Below are positions 24,901-37,520 of a stretch of DNA of 64,000 nt, in pieces. Source of the stretch: Azolla caroliniana (lineage: Eukaryota; Plantae; Polypodiophyta); assembly GCA_043228905.1 (NCBI GenBank), contig JBHGNT010000004.1, forward strand, positions 8,804,001 to 8,868,000, given 5' to 3'. Below the pieces are notes generated by a model. It worked only from the letters and a program-made list of their open reading frames with translations. It ran no database searches and had not been told where the DNA came from. Position 1 is the first letter of the stretch. Every line of letters starts with the position of its first letter. The translations under genes were made by a program, and so were the position numbers.

Positions 24901-26520
24901 TCAAGCTGTTGTAGCGTGCTCCCATAGAACACTTCTTCGACTACCCCCACGATTTCTTCGTCTTCTTTTATTATTGATGCCGACCGCAACTTATCCTCTA
25001 GTTTCCGGTATTCTTTCTTCTTTTCTTCGGTTACGGCCATGTACGTAGATACCCCATCTAGACCGATTTGTACTTGTTTTGCTCCGAGAGTTTTCTTCCT
25101 GTGTGGGGTACCAGGGCTTCTCGGACTATCACTTACCCACTCCGCAATAGTCCGCTCTAGAAATCCATCCTTCTTTGGGACAAGAGCTCTCTCTTGTTCC
25201 TTTCAGGATTTTCCGGCACAGTTAGGAATTGGACGGATTTCCCTCCGCTTTGGCTCCGAATTCGTGCGAAAGCCACACCGCTATCAAGCACCTTTGTCTC
25301 CATCCGTGAAGCCGTTATAAAGGGTTGCCCGAGGATCATGGAATGGGAGACCTCATCTTGTACGAAGAAATTTTGGTCGATCTCAACATCCCCGATCTTC
25401 ACCGTCACATCCGTACAAGCTACAAATAGATCTTCCGTTGCTTTAGTGGCTGCCCGGATCTTCCATCCATGCATAGTATTTATAGGCCACTTCCCCTTCC
25501 GGTAGAACTCCTTGGACATCAAATTGATCTTCAATCCGTGATCAATCAATGCTAGCACGGGCTCTTTGATGTTGTCGATTCGGACCGGAGTCTCCGTAGT
25601 TGCACGTGCGCAGTGTGGCCTTGTGTAGTGGGAGTTCGGAATTTCGTCCTCCACTTCAGTGTCATTCATTAAAACCGTGTTCACATTTACCCTTGGAGCA
25701 TTCTCCTCTCTACTTTGTCTTTTTCTCTTCACGAGATCCACAAGAAGGTCGCGGAACTCCTTCTTCGCTATTCCGAGTAATTCCCGAAGCGAAAAGTCCA
25801 CCCGACTATCAAGGATTCTCTCTTCAAACACCTTCTTTAGGTCCGTTTGTTGTTCGATGTCCGAGGCGAGTTTGAATGCCAGAATTGTTTTTCCTTTCCC
25901 CTTCCCTTCGGAGTTCCAACTCTCCGGCACCTTTGATGGTCCGACCGCATCATCCGTGCGCCTTCGTTTTTCATCCACATAGATACACTTCATGCAATTG
26001 ACATAGTGCGTGTACACTATTCTTATCTACGGGGCAGTCCCATCCCGTAGCTTCCCGGATACATTCCGCAGCGCTTCGGATTTCATCATGGTTGGCTTTG
26101 TTCGAAATTTCTAGCACTTCCAGTAGAAAAGACGCCTTTGCTCTAGATCACTCCCCCACACGTATTCTCGTGGTTGTCGCATAGTTGTTTTTAGCCGCGA
26201 TCTCCTCCTCTAGAACCTTCTTCATGCCGCCTTTTCGGAAGTTCAGTCGGAGTGGCTTCCGAGAGTCCATCGAATGGATCTGATTTCCCTCGTAGTAGAT
26301 AAGATCCCGTCGTAACACCTCCTTGTGCTCGTCGCAATCTCTCCGATCATGTTCGGTGCTATCACACCATATGCATCGACGGTCCATGTACTTGGAACTT
26401 GTGGGATGGTCTTCCATCTTCTTCACCATCACAATTTTCAGATTCTCCATCTCCTTCAACAATTGCTCCACCGTGGTTGCATCGACTCCCTTCTCAGTCA
26501 TAGTCTCCCGAGCCCGCGGT
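21910..26520 (-). mobile_element. Ty3/gypsy remnant D (same lineage as D2 and G), both ends lost
   Basis: gag CIWC knuckle, ALIDHG protease, LPQGATNSVA/FLDD RT, VDTSPTG RNase H, GHRG/DRGE/THSS integrase; no LTRs found. Boundaries approximate. Confidence 0.88.
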
Positions 26521-27795
26521 TGAACAGTAGTGGGAACGCATCAATTACTCTGGCCGGATTCAGCTTCTGGTATTTCACGCATACCCGAATCTTACCATTT
26601 TCCTTAGTTACTACCACAATCGAGCTCAACCACATTGCTTGCTTTACAGGCCGTATGAACCCGACTCTCAGAAGCTTGTCGATTTCTTCCTTGACCTTCA
26701 CCGCATAATTGGGATTCATTCGGTAATGGCGTTGTGGCACTGGTTTGGCATCCATGCTGAGGTGGATTTGATGTTGATAAAGTTGGGGATCCAATCCTTG
26801 CATATCCTCGTAGGACCAGGCGAATATGTCTCGCAAACTTGTGAGTAATTCGTCCATCGCCTTCTTTTCGACCCATGGCATTTCTTTGGCTACGTTCACC
26901 GGTCTGGGTGTGTCGTCGGTACCAAGGTCCACTTCCTCGAGCTGGCATGCTTTTACTCTTTGGGATATAGTCATTTACCTTTCCAATGATTCTTGTGCTT
27001 GTCGTAACTCCCAGATTTCTTCTTGATCCGGTTCGTCCGATTCCTTTCCCAGGTCCGTCACATATGGTATGACGGCTTCGGTTATGTCTACCTCAAATAA
27101 CGGCTTCGGTTATGTCTTCCAAGTAACAATCGACTTCTTCGTCAGCTAACCCGTCCAACATGTTGATGCTCTCCGCATATAGGGGGGTTACTTCCTTACT
27201 GGTTCCTACTCGTGGTTGTGGCGGTACGCGTACTTTGGTCTTTCCTCGTCGAAAGGTGATTACATTCTTTTGCTAGTTTTGTTTTATGTGCGCCATCCGC
27301 AACCATGGTCTTCCTAGCAACAAGGGATAGCCCCCTTGCACATTAAGTTGTAATACCACTGCCGATATCTGGAATGCGTATCCTTTGATTGTGTTGTCCA
27401 AGTCCTGAATGAGTCCGGTTGGTTGAACTGAACTTGTATCTACCATTCTTAGCCAGAATGGACACGGTTCCCAATCTCGGATTCCCAAGGTGTCACATGT
27501 CCCCTTGCTGATGACATTCACCCCTGAACCACCGTCAATAATGATTCCGGTGATCTCTTTGCCTTTAACAATCACTATGATGGACAGGCTGCTTGTGTCC
27601 ACCATTGCCGGTCCTTCCTCCGGATTGGAGCACAATGCTAGTGACGGCTCCTGATTTGGTGCGGTGAACGTTGTTTTGAGCCCTTCAGTAAATTGGGGGA
27701 CTAATTGTAGCAGGCGCCCCAATGGTAACACGATCTGGCATTCTTGTAATGCCTTCCAAGTTGGGTCCTTGTCGGTACTCTTTACGGTGTTGCGT

Positions 27796-27957
27796 TGTTA
27801 CGCGCGTGCGTGGAGAAAGGTGGGACCACGGGGGTCTTGGACTAGGGGGTGACGGAGCGTAGGAAGTCGTACTTCACCGTTTCCGGGGCATCCCAGAAGG
27901 ACACCGGAAGCAACCGAAGGGAGAGGGAGAAAGAGAGGGAGCGCGCGCTTGACACCG

Positions 27958-28000
<43 letters not shown>

Positions 28001-28560
28001 CCGACCCGACTCACGCCCTTATGTACAGGAAACGCAGGAAAAGGGGAAGCACCCGACACCAACAGAGACACCAATATACACAGACAGACGCAAATGTATA
28101 TATATAAAAGGAAGAATACATTCCCGGCTTCGAGCCTGACCAAGGTAGGTTACAGTAGTCGTCGGCTGCCAAGCCGTAGGTCGGGAGCTCACGGGCTTGT
28201 CGCGCCGAGCGGGGTCTTGCGCAGGAGACGAGCTGAAGCCAACCCTAAGCGAACACGAAGGGGGAGAAGAAGAAGAATAAGTAACCCTAAATCTAGCGGT
28301 ATACCCTCTAACGCAAAATGGGCAACCCCTTTCTAAAATGGCGCTCCCTTCCTTTTATAGAACAAGGAGAGGGATGCGTTACAATGTGGGATAAATCCCG
28401 ACTTACATGGGATCGTCTGTCCCGACTTGACTACTCTTCGGCGCCATAAAGGCGCCCTCGTTATTCACACTAAATGTACAAGGGTGAACACACATGCCAC
28501 ACCCCCCCGATGTAGCCAATGTTTCTCGGTTTCCGCCTCTGACCGAAATTCTTCACGACA
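27796..28560 (-). repeat. probable gypsy solo LTR (D2 lineage)
   Basis: TGTTAC...CTTCACGACA ends; subterminal GGACCACGGGGGTCTTGGACTA resembles the D2 LTR; flanks GCGT/ACGG are only a partial TSD. Confidence 0.65.
27964..27997. repeat. (CA)n microsatellite inside the solo LTR
   Basis: Uninterrupted CA dinucleotide run. Confidence 0.95.
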
Positions 28561-28861
28561 ACGGGCTCCTCCGGCTGTAAATTTTGCTCCTATATCTCGA
28601 CCACATTACGTTCATAGGCTTTCTTGATCCATTCGGTGGCTTGCTTCTGGATATGTTCTTGAGTTTCTCACTCGACCGTTGTTCCTTTGGAACGGGTAGC
28701 GACTTGCTAGATGTCGGTAACTTCAGCGGTGACCATGTTTACCGCCAGTTGTTTTTCGTTAGCCTTGACCGGACATTGGTTGCTATAATGCCCATCCTTC
28801 TGGCAATAATAGCAATATGCCTTACGGTTGCTGCCTGATTCCCTCTTGTCCATGTTTCTGT

Positions 28862-29564
28862 TATCGTAGTGTATTCCACACACAGCGTGAAAACCATAAA
28901 ATAATATATCCGATTTAGATACATATAAATAAATAAATAATATATCAAAACATTTATCACGTGCATAGGGCAGGATTCAAACCTTGCACCTCCACGTAGA
29001 TAAACCCCAACTTTACCATTGTAATAACTTATCTTTAGTGTTATACATATAGATTTAATACGTATAAGACCTTTATTTACACATACCTTTATTAAAAGGT
29101 AAAAATCATGTATTCTTTAGGGTGTGAATATTTTATTTACACGTGACATTGAAAGTGACTCATGCACATCTAGCGTGCATGAGCCCTATATTTAGGAAAT
29201 GACAAAGCATCACATGCACATTCAGTGTGCATGGACACTTTTGGTGAAAAAGCATGGAGCCATGCTTAGCCTCTTCCATGTTTATATAAGGAGGAGAGAA
29301 ATATGTATAAGGTTGTTGATTAATATACAAGGATTGATCAATCTAATATATTCGTGGGATTCACGAATTTTGCCATCAAAATTACTCTGATAATCTAAAT
29401 ATTGTTTTAAATACACTAAACTCGTGGGATTCACAAGATTGCTATCTTACTTCTCTTTCTACTATTCATAACTAGCCTTAAGTTGTATTCCTCTTCCTCC
29501 TAGTCCAAAACCTCGGCGGTTCCCACCCAACTCACGCAACGATCCATAGCCGAAAGGCACGACA
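28862..29564 (+). repeat. gypsy solo LTR with antisense tRNA-like cassette
   Basis: TATCGT (from TGTCGT)...GCACGACA ends, 4-bp TSD CTGT/CCGT, TATATAAG near 29283; shares blocks with 47968-49087 in inverted orientation. Confidence 0.8.
28973..29026 (-). promoter_or_regulatory. degenerate tRNA-derived A and B box cassette
   Basis: Minus strand TATTACAATGG...GGAGGTGCAAGGTTTGAATCC; 20/21 match to 48476-48496, same 32-nt spacing. Confidence 0.65.
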
Positions 29565-30332
29565 CCGTTCTGTGCATCGAAGGTTATCCAGCGTATGTCC
29601 TCCGTTTGTCGTTGCTTCGGTGGTGTCACAACGGTGTTTGTGCTTCTTGGATTGTACTCTCTGGCTGCTTCCCGACGCTTTTCCCTACGAAAATACCCTC
29701 ATTTTTGGTTGCGTCGGAAATTCCGATTTCCTTGTCATTCTAGATAGCGTCTATCGTCCCTTCTCCGATCGTAATCCAGGGAGTAGTCCCGTTCATACCG
29801 ATCTCGGTTGTAGCCTACCCTGTGTCGGTCGTCACAATCGCACTCATAATCGTCGTGTCTTCTATCATTGTCTTGATTCCCACATTCTGGTTGGTATCGT
29901 TCCTCCCTCCGGAACCGTTCGTCGTCCGGTTCATGACTGCGACGTGGTTTAATGTTCCGCAACGGTGCCTCTTGTCGGTTGAGCAGGTTGTACTCGCATC
30001 GGTCCGTTGTGTGTGCCCGTGAGTGGCATATCATACACTACGTCCTCATTGTGCAGTCTACCGTTGAATGGCCCGAGTTTAAACACATTGTGCATTGCAA
30101 CGCCTAGCGAACCCTGAGATCCTCCTTATTCGGAAGGGCCATATGCAGGGCTCCCATCGTCATCAGAGAGCTATGTTTATCCATTTCTAGCACTCGATCG
30201 ATGATTGTTACCAATTAGGAACACGGTCTACGGTCAGTCCTTCGACCTAGACCTCAAAGTGACTGTGTTGCAACGAATGGTAACGCCGTACCGTAATACG
30301 TAATGGGATACTTCCCTGTATCCTAGTAGCGT

Positions 30333-30946
30333 TGTCTAGGTATTCCTCGCGGATGCGTGGAATGAGGCGGAACCTCGGGGGTCCTGTACCAAAGAGCAAG
30401 AGAGGAAGGGGAAGAAACCCTCTACGTGCGAGCGTAGATCCACAGGGACACGGCCCTTCGACGCAAAGACGCAAGTGGGACAGCGACACAGAAAGGCACG
30501 AATGTATGTATGTATTAACAGAGGAAAACAACAAGAACACGAAGTCGGTTACAACCGAACAGGCCGGCGAACAGATACCGATGCCTATTCGTAAACGCAC
30601 AGAAAGACAGGAGCAGGTTGGAGGTGCTGCCGGAAGCACTCGGGCATTCCTCAGAGCAGCGCGAGCCTCCCGAAACCTGCACAGAAGGAAGCTATGGAGT
30701 TTGCGAACCAGAGAGAGAGAGGGAAGCCTTCGCACGCAAACCGACAACACTTCTTCCTCGACTCTCCGCGATCCTTCGCCGCTCCTCATCTCCCTCCTTT
30801 TATAGCCAAGGAAGGAGTCGTTTCCCTACCTACCGAATCTACCGGCCTAGGAGATTCTATGTACAACATAAGGCGCATGTGCACGAAGAGCCGGTTCCTA
30901 CGCTCCGGTGCACCGATTCCGCTTGTGGACGGTTTTCTTCATGACA
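30333..30946 (-). repeat. 3' LTR of D2
   Basis: Highly similar to 36639-37283 apart from a 31-bp indel in AAGAACACGAA-type repeats and scattered substitutions. Confidence 0.95.
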
Positions 30947-31019
30947 TCCGCCCCCACCTAACCGCGCATCCACCGGCATGCGCCAAATTGTGTTGGGACG
31001 GAGAAAACCAGTCCAGCCT

Positions 31020-34000
31020 TCATTCTCCGCCCGTCGGTTCTTCTTCGGTTTCGGATCGTTCGTCGTCACAGTCCAGGTTAACCGGATCCGGCTCGTCATC
31101 GTGACGCTTCTTGAACGCTTTGATCCGCTTCCCAGCTACGGGTATCGCCATTCTTGTGCCGTCGAATTCCGCCAGATGGTACGTTCCGTTGTCGTTGGCG
31201 CTTTGTACCACGTAAGGCCCGAACCATCTTCTTGCGAACTTCCGTGTCGCTCGGTGCTGGTTGTCGAGGCTGCTGTCATAGACTAGCACCCAGTCGCCTT
31301 CCTCGACCTTCTTCGGTCGGAGCCGGTGCGTCCGATCGAACCGGGCTTTGTTCCTCGTCCTAGCCACCCGAAGCTTTTCCGCAGCCTACTCCACGTCCTC
31401 CGGTCTTCGCTCGAGCTGTCGTATGCGCGCCGCCAACAGTTCCTCCCGGCTCATCTCGTCTCTCCAGTCCAGGGTTGCCCATGAGGAGATCGTACGTTCC
31501 ACTGGCATGATCGGCTTCTGCCCAAACATCAGCTCTGCCGGCATGAATCCGGTTACCGAACTGTGCGTAGTTCGGTTCGCCCACAACGCGTAAGGCAACA
31601 GCCGCGGCCAGTTCCCGACTTGACCTCTGCATGCCCGAACTAACGCCTTGACGATCGGTCCGTGTCCGCGCTCCACCTTTCCATTCACCTCCGGATTGTA
31701 CGCAGTGGTAAGCGAGAGCTTGACTCCTAGCCGGTCGAACAACTTCTCGGCCTCTTCGGCGTCCAGCTCCCCGCGATCAGCCACGATCTTCCTGACGCAC
31801 CCGTACCGGCATATCACGTCCTCAATCAGGAACCGACATACGGCCGCGGTCATTTTGTTCTGAAGGGCTCAGCCTTCTACCTGGTTGGTCAGATCTTCCC
31901 GAGCCAGGACCAGATACCGCATCTGTCCTACTCCCATCGGCATCGTCACCAGATCTACCATCCATTTGAAGTGGATGGTCGGAGGGTACGTAGGGTGAAG
32001 CTTGTCCCGATGCCGGACTATGGAGTGCATCTGACAGCTCTCGCAAGTTGTCACGAACCGATGCACGTCCCGGTACAGGCCCGGCCACCAGTACTTCCCC
32101 TTTATCTTCTCGAACGTGGCCCACGTTCCACGGTGTCCGGCCCAAGGGCTGTCGTGGTAGCCCGTCAGCAGCTCCTCCTGTTCTTCCTTCATCGCCACCA
32201 CCCGGAGCGGGACACCGTTCCTCTTCTTCGGGTGCTTCCATAAGTATCCGTCCCGGAGAAAGAATCGGTAAGCTTTCTTCCGGATCCGGTTGGCCTCGTC
32301 CTTCGTCCACGACGCATCCGGCGTCATCGTCCTCAAAAATCCACCGATTTGGAGCCACTCGCCGTCGTATTTGCTCTCGTCGAAGTCGTTAAGTGCCGGA
32401 GTGCTCGTCCCATCGGTCGTCACGTACGCTGCCTCGAAGAAGTCCACGCCGACTTCTTCGTCCTCCGAAACCATGCCGCCCTCGTCATCAAACCTCGCCC
32501 TCGAAAGCATGTCAGCCATGGCGTTGTCTTTTCCGGAAATGTGTCGTATTTCCGGGTCCAGGGACTTGATGTACGCTATCCACCTGAGCATCGCCAGGTC
32601 CGGTGTCGCGCATCCGGAAACCATGCCGAGAATCGGCAGACAATCCGTCTCGATAACCACTTCTATCCCGATCAGGTAGTCTTTGTCGGCCTTTACTGCC
32701 GAAACGATACCCCAGAGTTCGCGTTTAACCTGGGCGTACCCTCGCTGTCGGTCACTGAGAACCTTCATGCCGAATCGGATCGGGAACCGAATGCTATCCT
32801 CGTCTTCTTGGTTGACGACCCACCCGATCCCGGTCGGACTCGTATCCACTGTTATGTATTCCGGAGCGCCGGTGCTGCCGCAAGAGCTTCCTTCAGCTTC
32901 CGGACCGACTCTGTGTGCTCGTCTCACCACTCGAATTTTCGCCCTTTCTTCAGCAACCCGTATAGCGGCTCCGCAACGTGGGCGTAATGCGGGATCCATA
33001 TGTGGTAGAACGCGCATGCCCCCAGGAACCTCCGAACTTCCGTAACCGAGCTACAATCAGTCTTCATCGCAAAGATGGCTTCTACCTTTGCCGGAGACGG
33101 CTTCCGGCCATAAGGTCCACATAGGTGTCCGACCACCAGGATTTCCGATTGCCCGAAGGCCGATTTCTCCCCGGAGAAGGTGAGCCTCACATCCTCTAGC
33201 CTCTGTAGCACCTTCTCGCAGTCGTCGATGTGTGTCGCCACGAATCGCCGGCATCCGTCCGGCCTGACTGTCTCGTCCTTCTCCTCCACCGGGCACCCCT
33301 TGATTGGGATGTCGTCTAGAAACGGCATGGTGATGTCCGGGATGCAATCCCTCAGTACCTTGTTCATTGCATTCACCATGTGGGCCACCGAGTTGGTCCC
33401 TCCTTGTGGCAGGGTACACATTCGCACTAGGCTGAGGGGAGTTCGCATCGTCGTAATATCTCTGCTCTCCACAGCTAGCTGGAACTGGTCGTACCCCGAG
33501 TACAGATCAGCGAGTAAATCGACCTTCCGGCGAAGGCCTCCGCGAACTCGTCTATGGTCGGTCTGATTCCTGCGTTCCGAATGGTCACTCTGTTGACCGG
33601 CTGCAGGTCTTGAATGAAGCGCATCGTTCCGTTTTTCTTTGGTACGGTAAACCATCGGTTCGAGTATGGGGCACTCGACGGTTCGAGAATGCCCATATCT
33701 ACTTTCTGCCTCAATAGCTCCATCAACTTCGGGATGTGAGCTCTCGGTACTGGAATCTGCTTGAGATTCCACGGCACATGCGGTACCGTGAATATCACCA
33801 TTGGCTCCACGATCGTCGGGTCTGCGCACCCGATCTCGTCCGGTGAGAATGCGAAGGCTTTCCCGTGCCTTCCGAGCATTCTCCGAAACCGGCCTTCCTC
33901 CGCCGGCAGTAGGAACCCGCCCCCACCAATCTTGAGCTCCCGGAGCGTCCCGTCAGTGAAGGTGTGTCCTATGCAGGCCGGATCTCGTAAACTGGGGTCC

Positions 34001-34477
34001 GACGCCACCCCTCTGATTCGGGACTCGCTGCCCTCTAGTAAGGGTGCCGCGACTGGCCTTACCTTTCGGTCCACATTCTGGTCGGGCCGTCCGATCCGAC
34101 CCGAGCCCCCGACTGAAGTTCGCGATGACTTCGTACATCTCTTCGAAACATACCGGTATCGTCCGGTCTTCGTTAAGGTCTTCTCCGGCAACCTTCCTCA
34201 ACATCCCCAAGGTGTCGTCGAAGGAGACCGCCTCCACGGCTCCGTTGATTTCCTCGTCCGGGCCGAGAACTCCGCACGCTCGAAGTCGCACTTCCGCCCT
34301 TGTCTTTTCTTGCCCAACGATGCCGACTATCATACACCCTTCGTCGCCGGAGAAGCAGAATTTTCTACCTATCGTACAAGGTTTCTTCGGTTTCGGTTCT
34401 ATCGTACAGCTGTGGGGTCTTTCCCGAGTGTCCGGACTGTCTCGGCCCCATGCCTTGGCAGCCCTCTCTAAAAATCC
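31020..34477 (-). pseudogene. D2 RT-RNaseH-integrase ORF (-1 frame relative to gag-PR)
   Basis: YSGYDQF, LPQG, FLDD, VDTSP, GHRG, ADRGE and WFGPY motifs spread over frameshifted ORFs. Confidence 0.9.
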
Positions 34478-36622
34478 TCCCGGTTCTCGCCACCGAGGGA
34501 TTCACGGTTCCGCTCGTGGTTCGGTCTCACGGTCAGAATTTGGACCGAATGGCGCCCGTCCTGGCTTTTGACCCTTGCGTAGGCCGAACCGTTGTCTAGC
34601 ACCTTGGTCTCCATTTGCGCCGCCGTGATGTATGGTTCACCTAATATGACCGGGTGCGAAGACGTCTCCTGTACGAAGAAGTGTTGGTCAATCTCGACGT
34701 CGCCGATCTTGACTCGCACGTTCGGGCAGGCCCCATGCAGTTCCTCGGTGGCGCGCGTCGCCGCCCGTATCTTCCACCCGTGCTTGGTGTTGATCGGCCA
34801 CTTCCCCTTCTTATAGAAGTTCATGGACATTAGGTTTATTTCCGAACCGTGGTCCACCAACACCACCACCGGTTCCCGAACATCTCCGATCTTTACCGGG
34901 GTCTCCGTGGGTCGCTCGGGCCCAGTGTGGCCTCGAATAGTGGCTCTCCGCCCACTCATCTGCCAGCGCCGAGTCGTCGATGTGCGTCGTCCGCACCTCT
35001 ACCGGTCTTTCCGGATCCGTCTCCGTCGACAGCCTCTTCCGTTTCACCAAGTCTACAATGGAGTCGTGGAACTCCTTCTTGGCGATCCCTAGCACCTCCC
35101 GCAATGACAGCTCCACCTTGCTGTCGAGGATCCATTCCTCTAGGACCTTCCGTAGGTCCGTAGTCCTTTCTATTTCTGTCCCCAGTCGGTATCCGCCCTT
35201 CCTGGGGTTATCTTGCGAGTTGGGCCCGCTGGCATCGTTCCGTCATTGCCCGAATCGGGTCTCGTACCGTTGTGAGGGCCCGGCCGCTCCGGCTTTCCCC
35301 ACTCGTTTGTCCTCTACCAGAGCCTCGTAGTTCCGGTAGGCGGCTTCTACGAAGCCCGTCTTCTCCTCGACCGGATCGCTCCACCCGGTTATTTCCCGGA
35401 CCCGTCTCTCAGCGTGGTCCGTTTCATCTTTCCTTCGCCGTGCGCCGGCAAGACCTCCCAGCATTGCCAACCAGAATCCGTCTTTGCCCTCTGTTCGGGC
35501 CTCGCTGCCCCCGACCCGAATTCCGGCCGACGCCGAGTAGTGGATGGCCTCTACGTGTCGGGCCGCTGCCTCTTCCATCAGTCTCTTCATACCTCCTCGC
35601 CCGTCGTTTCGGTTTAGGGTCCTCCTGGTGTCGCCGGCGTGCACCCGGCCTTCCCACAGGTACACCACCCAGTTCCTCAACGCTTCTGCGAAATCGCCGC
35701 AGTCCTTCCGGATGTGGCCGACCTCGTCGCACCACATGCACCTGTTCCTTGCTGCCGGCCATCGGTCACGAGCCGGTTCGCCGCCTTCCCTTCGAGTCTG
35801 GGCGATCTGGAGATCCTTTATCGCCCGCGTCAATTCCTCCAGCGCTGCTCCTCCGGACGAGCCACTGACCATGCCGGTCGAAGCCGGTCCGGTCCCGAGC
35901 CATTCCCGGGTCTCTTCCCTTCGCACTTGCGGTGCCGGTTCAAGCCTCCTTGCTGTGACAGAGCCCGCACCGGCCGCCCCGTTGTCAGCCCATTCTCGCC
36001 GTTTATCGAAACGGCCACAGACTCTCCTAACCGCAGCCCAATCGGTTGTCAACCCGTCCTCAGTTTCCAGCAAGGAGCCGCCTTGGTCCCGGTCCCGCTC
36101 GTCCACCGACTTGAAGAACAGTAGGACCCGGCTCGTATCCAGAATGGTTCGGTCAAGCGCCGAAAGGCGCGCAAAGCGTTCCTCGAACTCCCGGAGGAGT
36201 GCCGTCGCGTTTCTTCCCTTGCCGGGGAACTCCACCCATTCCATGAAGTCCCGTTTCGAAAGCCAGAGTGCGTCGTCCAGCCCGTATTTCTCTAGGAGTC
36301 GGCCTTCGAACTCCTCCCAGGTACGGCTCTCCGCCCGCACCTCGAGCACCTCTGCATGGATGCTCGGCATCGCCACTCAAGGAAACCCGGCAAGACGCCT
36401 CTCTTCCGGAATGTCCCGCATCAGCATTTCTGCCCCGTACGACGCCAAATACTTCGTGACATCCTTTCCGCTGAACCGGCCGATCGTACCGACGACCGCC
36501 TCAATGGCTCTGTCGAGGGCGCCGGTGCCCTCGCGTGCACTCAATATCCGATCTACGGCCGAAGCCATGGCCTCTGCAAGATCCGACCCTTTCATCTTCT
36601 GCTCTTCTACCGCCTCCTTCAC
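34468..36622 (-). pseudogene. D2 gag-protease ORF
   Basis: ORFs 36377..36622, 35243..36376, 34811..35116, 34468..34959; CMWC..GH...C knuckle, LVDHGSEIN protease; ends REDF*. Confidence 0.88.
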
Positions 36623-36635
36623 GTCGGGTTCACCA
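36618..36635 (-). promoter_or_regulatory. PBS of D2, tRNA-Trp
   Basis: TGGTGAACCCGACGTGAA, 3 nt from the LTR, complements the plant tRNA-Trp 3' end (UUCACGUCGGGUUCACCA, recalled from memory). Confidence 0.85.
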
Positions 36636-36638
36636 AGA

Positions 36639-37283
36639 TGTCGAGGTATTCCTCGCGGATGCGTGGAATGAGGCGGAACCTCGGGGGTCCTGTACCAAAG
36701 AGCAAGAGAGGAAGGGGAAGAAACCCTCTACGTGCGAGCATAGATCCACAGGGACACGACCCTTCGACGCAAAGACGCAAGTGGGACAGCGACACAGAAA
36801 GGCACGAATGTATGTATGTATTAACAAAGGCAAACAACAAGAACACGAAAACAACAAGAACACGAACACAGGAACACGAAGTCAGTTACAACCGAACAGG
36901 CTGGCGAACAGATGCCGATGCCTGTTCGTAAACGCACAGAAAGACAGGAGCAGGTTGGAGGTGCTGCCGGAAGCACTCAGGCATTCCTTAGAGCAGCGCG
37001 AGCCTCCCGAAACCTGCACAGAAGGAAGCTATGGAGTTTGCGAACTAGAGAGAGAGAGGGAAGCCTTCGCACGCAAATCGACAGCACTTCGTCCTCGACT
37101 CTCCGCGATCCTTCGCCCCTCCTCGTCTCCCTCCTTTTATAGCCAAGGAAGGAGCCGTTTCCCTACCTACCGAATCTACCGGCCTAGGAGATTCTATGTA
37201 CAACATAAGGCGCATGTGCACGAAGAGCCGGTTCCTACGCTCCGGTGCACCGATTCCGCTTGTGAACGGTTTTCTTCACGACA
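36639..37283 (-). repeat. 5' LTR of D2
   Basis: TGTCGAGG...CTTCACGACA; adjacent to the PBS. Confidence 0.95.
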
Positions 37284-37287
37284 GCGT

Positions 37288-37520
37288 ATAAGGGAGATGG
37301 CTACAACTGAACTCCTGAGACAGTGTGCTAGTAACCGCACTCACATCTACGCTCTTACGCTTACAATACGCCACCGAGAATAACAAGAACACAGTAGATC
37401 AAGAACAGATATGCACGATAATCAGAGAAGATAGTACTCTATTAAGATAACGCTCTATGCCCAAAATTTACACACTACCTCTTACAGAGGATTTCTGCCC
37501 TTTATATACACAGGGTCTTT
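37288..37520 (-). repeat. LTR-like non-coding remnant (continues at about 30250-30332), interrupted by D2
   Basis: TATATAAA on the minus strand at about 37501-37508 followed by a pyrimidine-rich tract; termini not identified. Confidence 0.4.

Larger units (their letters stand above)
26521..30240 (-). mobile_element. Tat/Athila-like gypsy remnant D3 (gag knuckles, PR, RT N-term), carrying two solo LTRs
   Basis: Two CCHC-like motifs at about 30000-30100, IIDGGSGVN protease (27273..27731), FAWSYEDMQG..KEEIDKLL RT (26498..26974); fused to D without a TSD. Confidence 0.75.
30333..37283 (-). mobile_element. Full-length GC-rich non-chromovirus Ty3/gypsy element D2
   Basis: LTRs 30333-30946 and 36639-37283, 4-bp TSD GCGT (30329-30332 / 37284-37287), PBS, PPT at 30947-30958, gag-PR then RT-RH-INT, no chromodomain seen. 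Confidence 0.95.

Noticed and set aside
33761-37383. Long plus-strand ORFs antisense to D2 (e.g. 35544..36671, 36535..37383)
   Set aside because: Expected shadow ORFs of GC-rich coding sequence; no recognisable domains.
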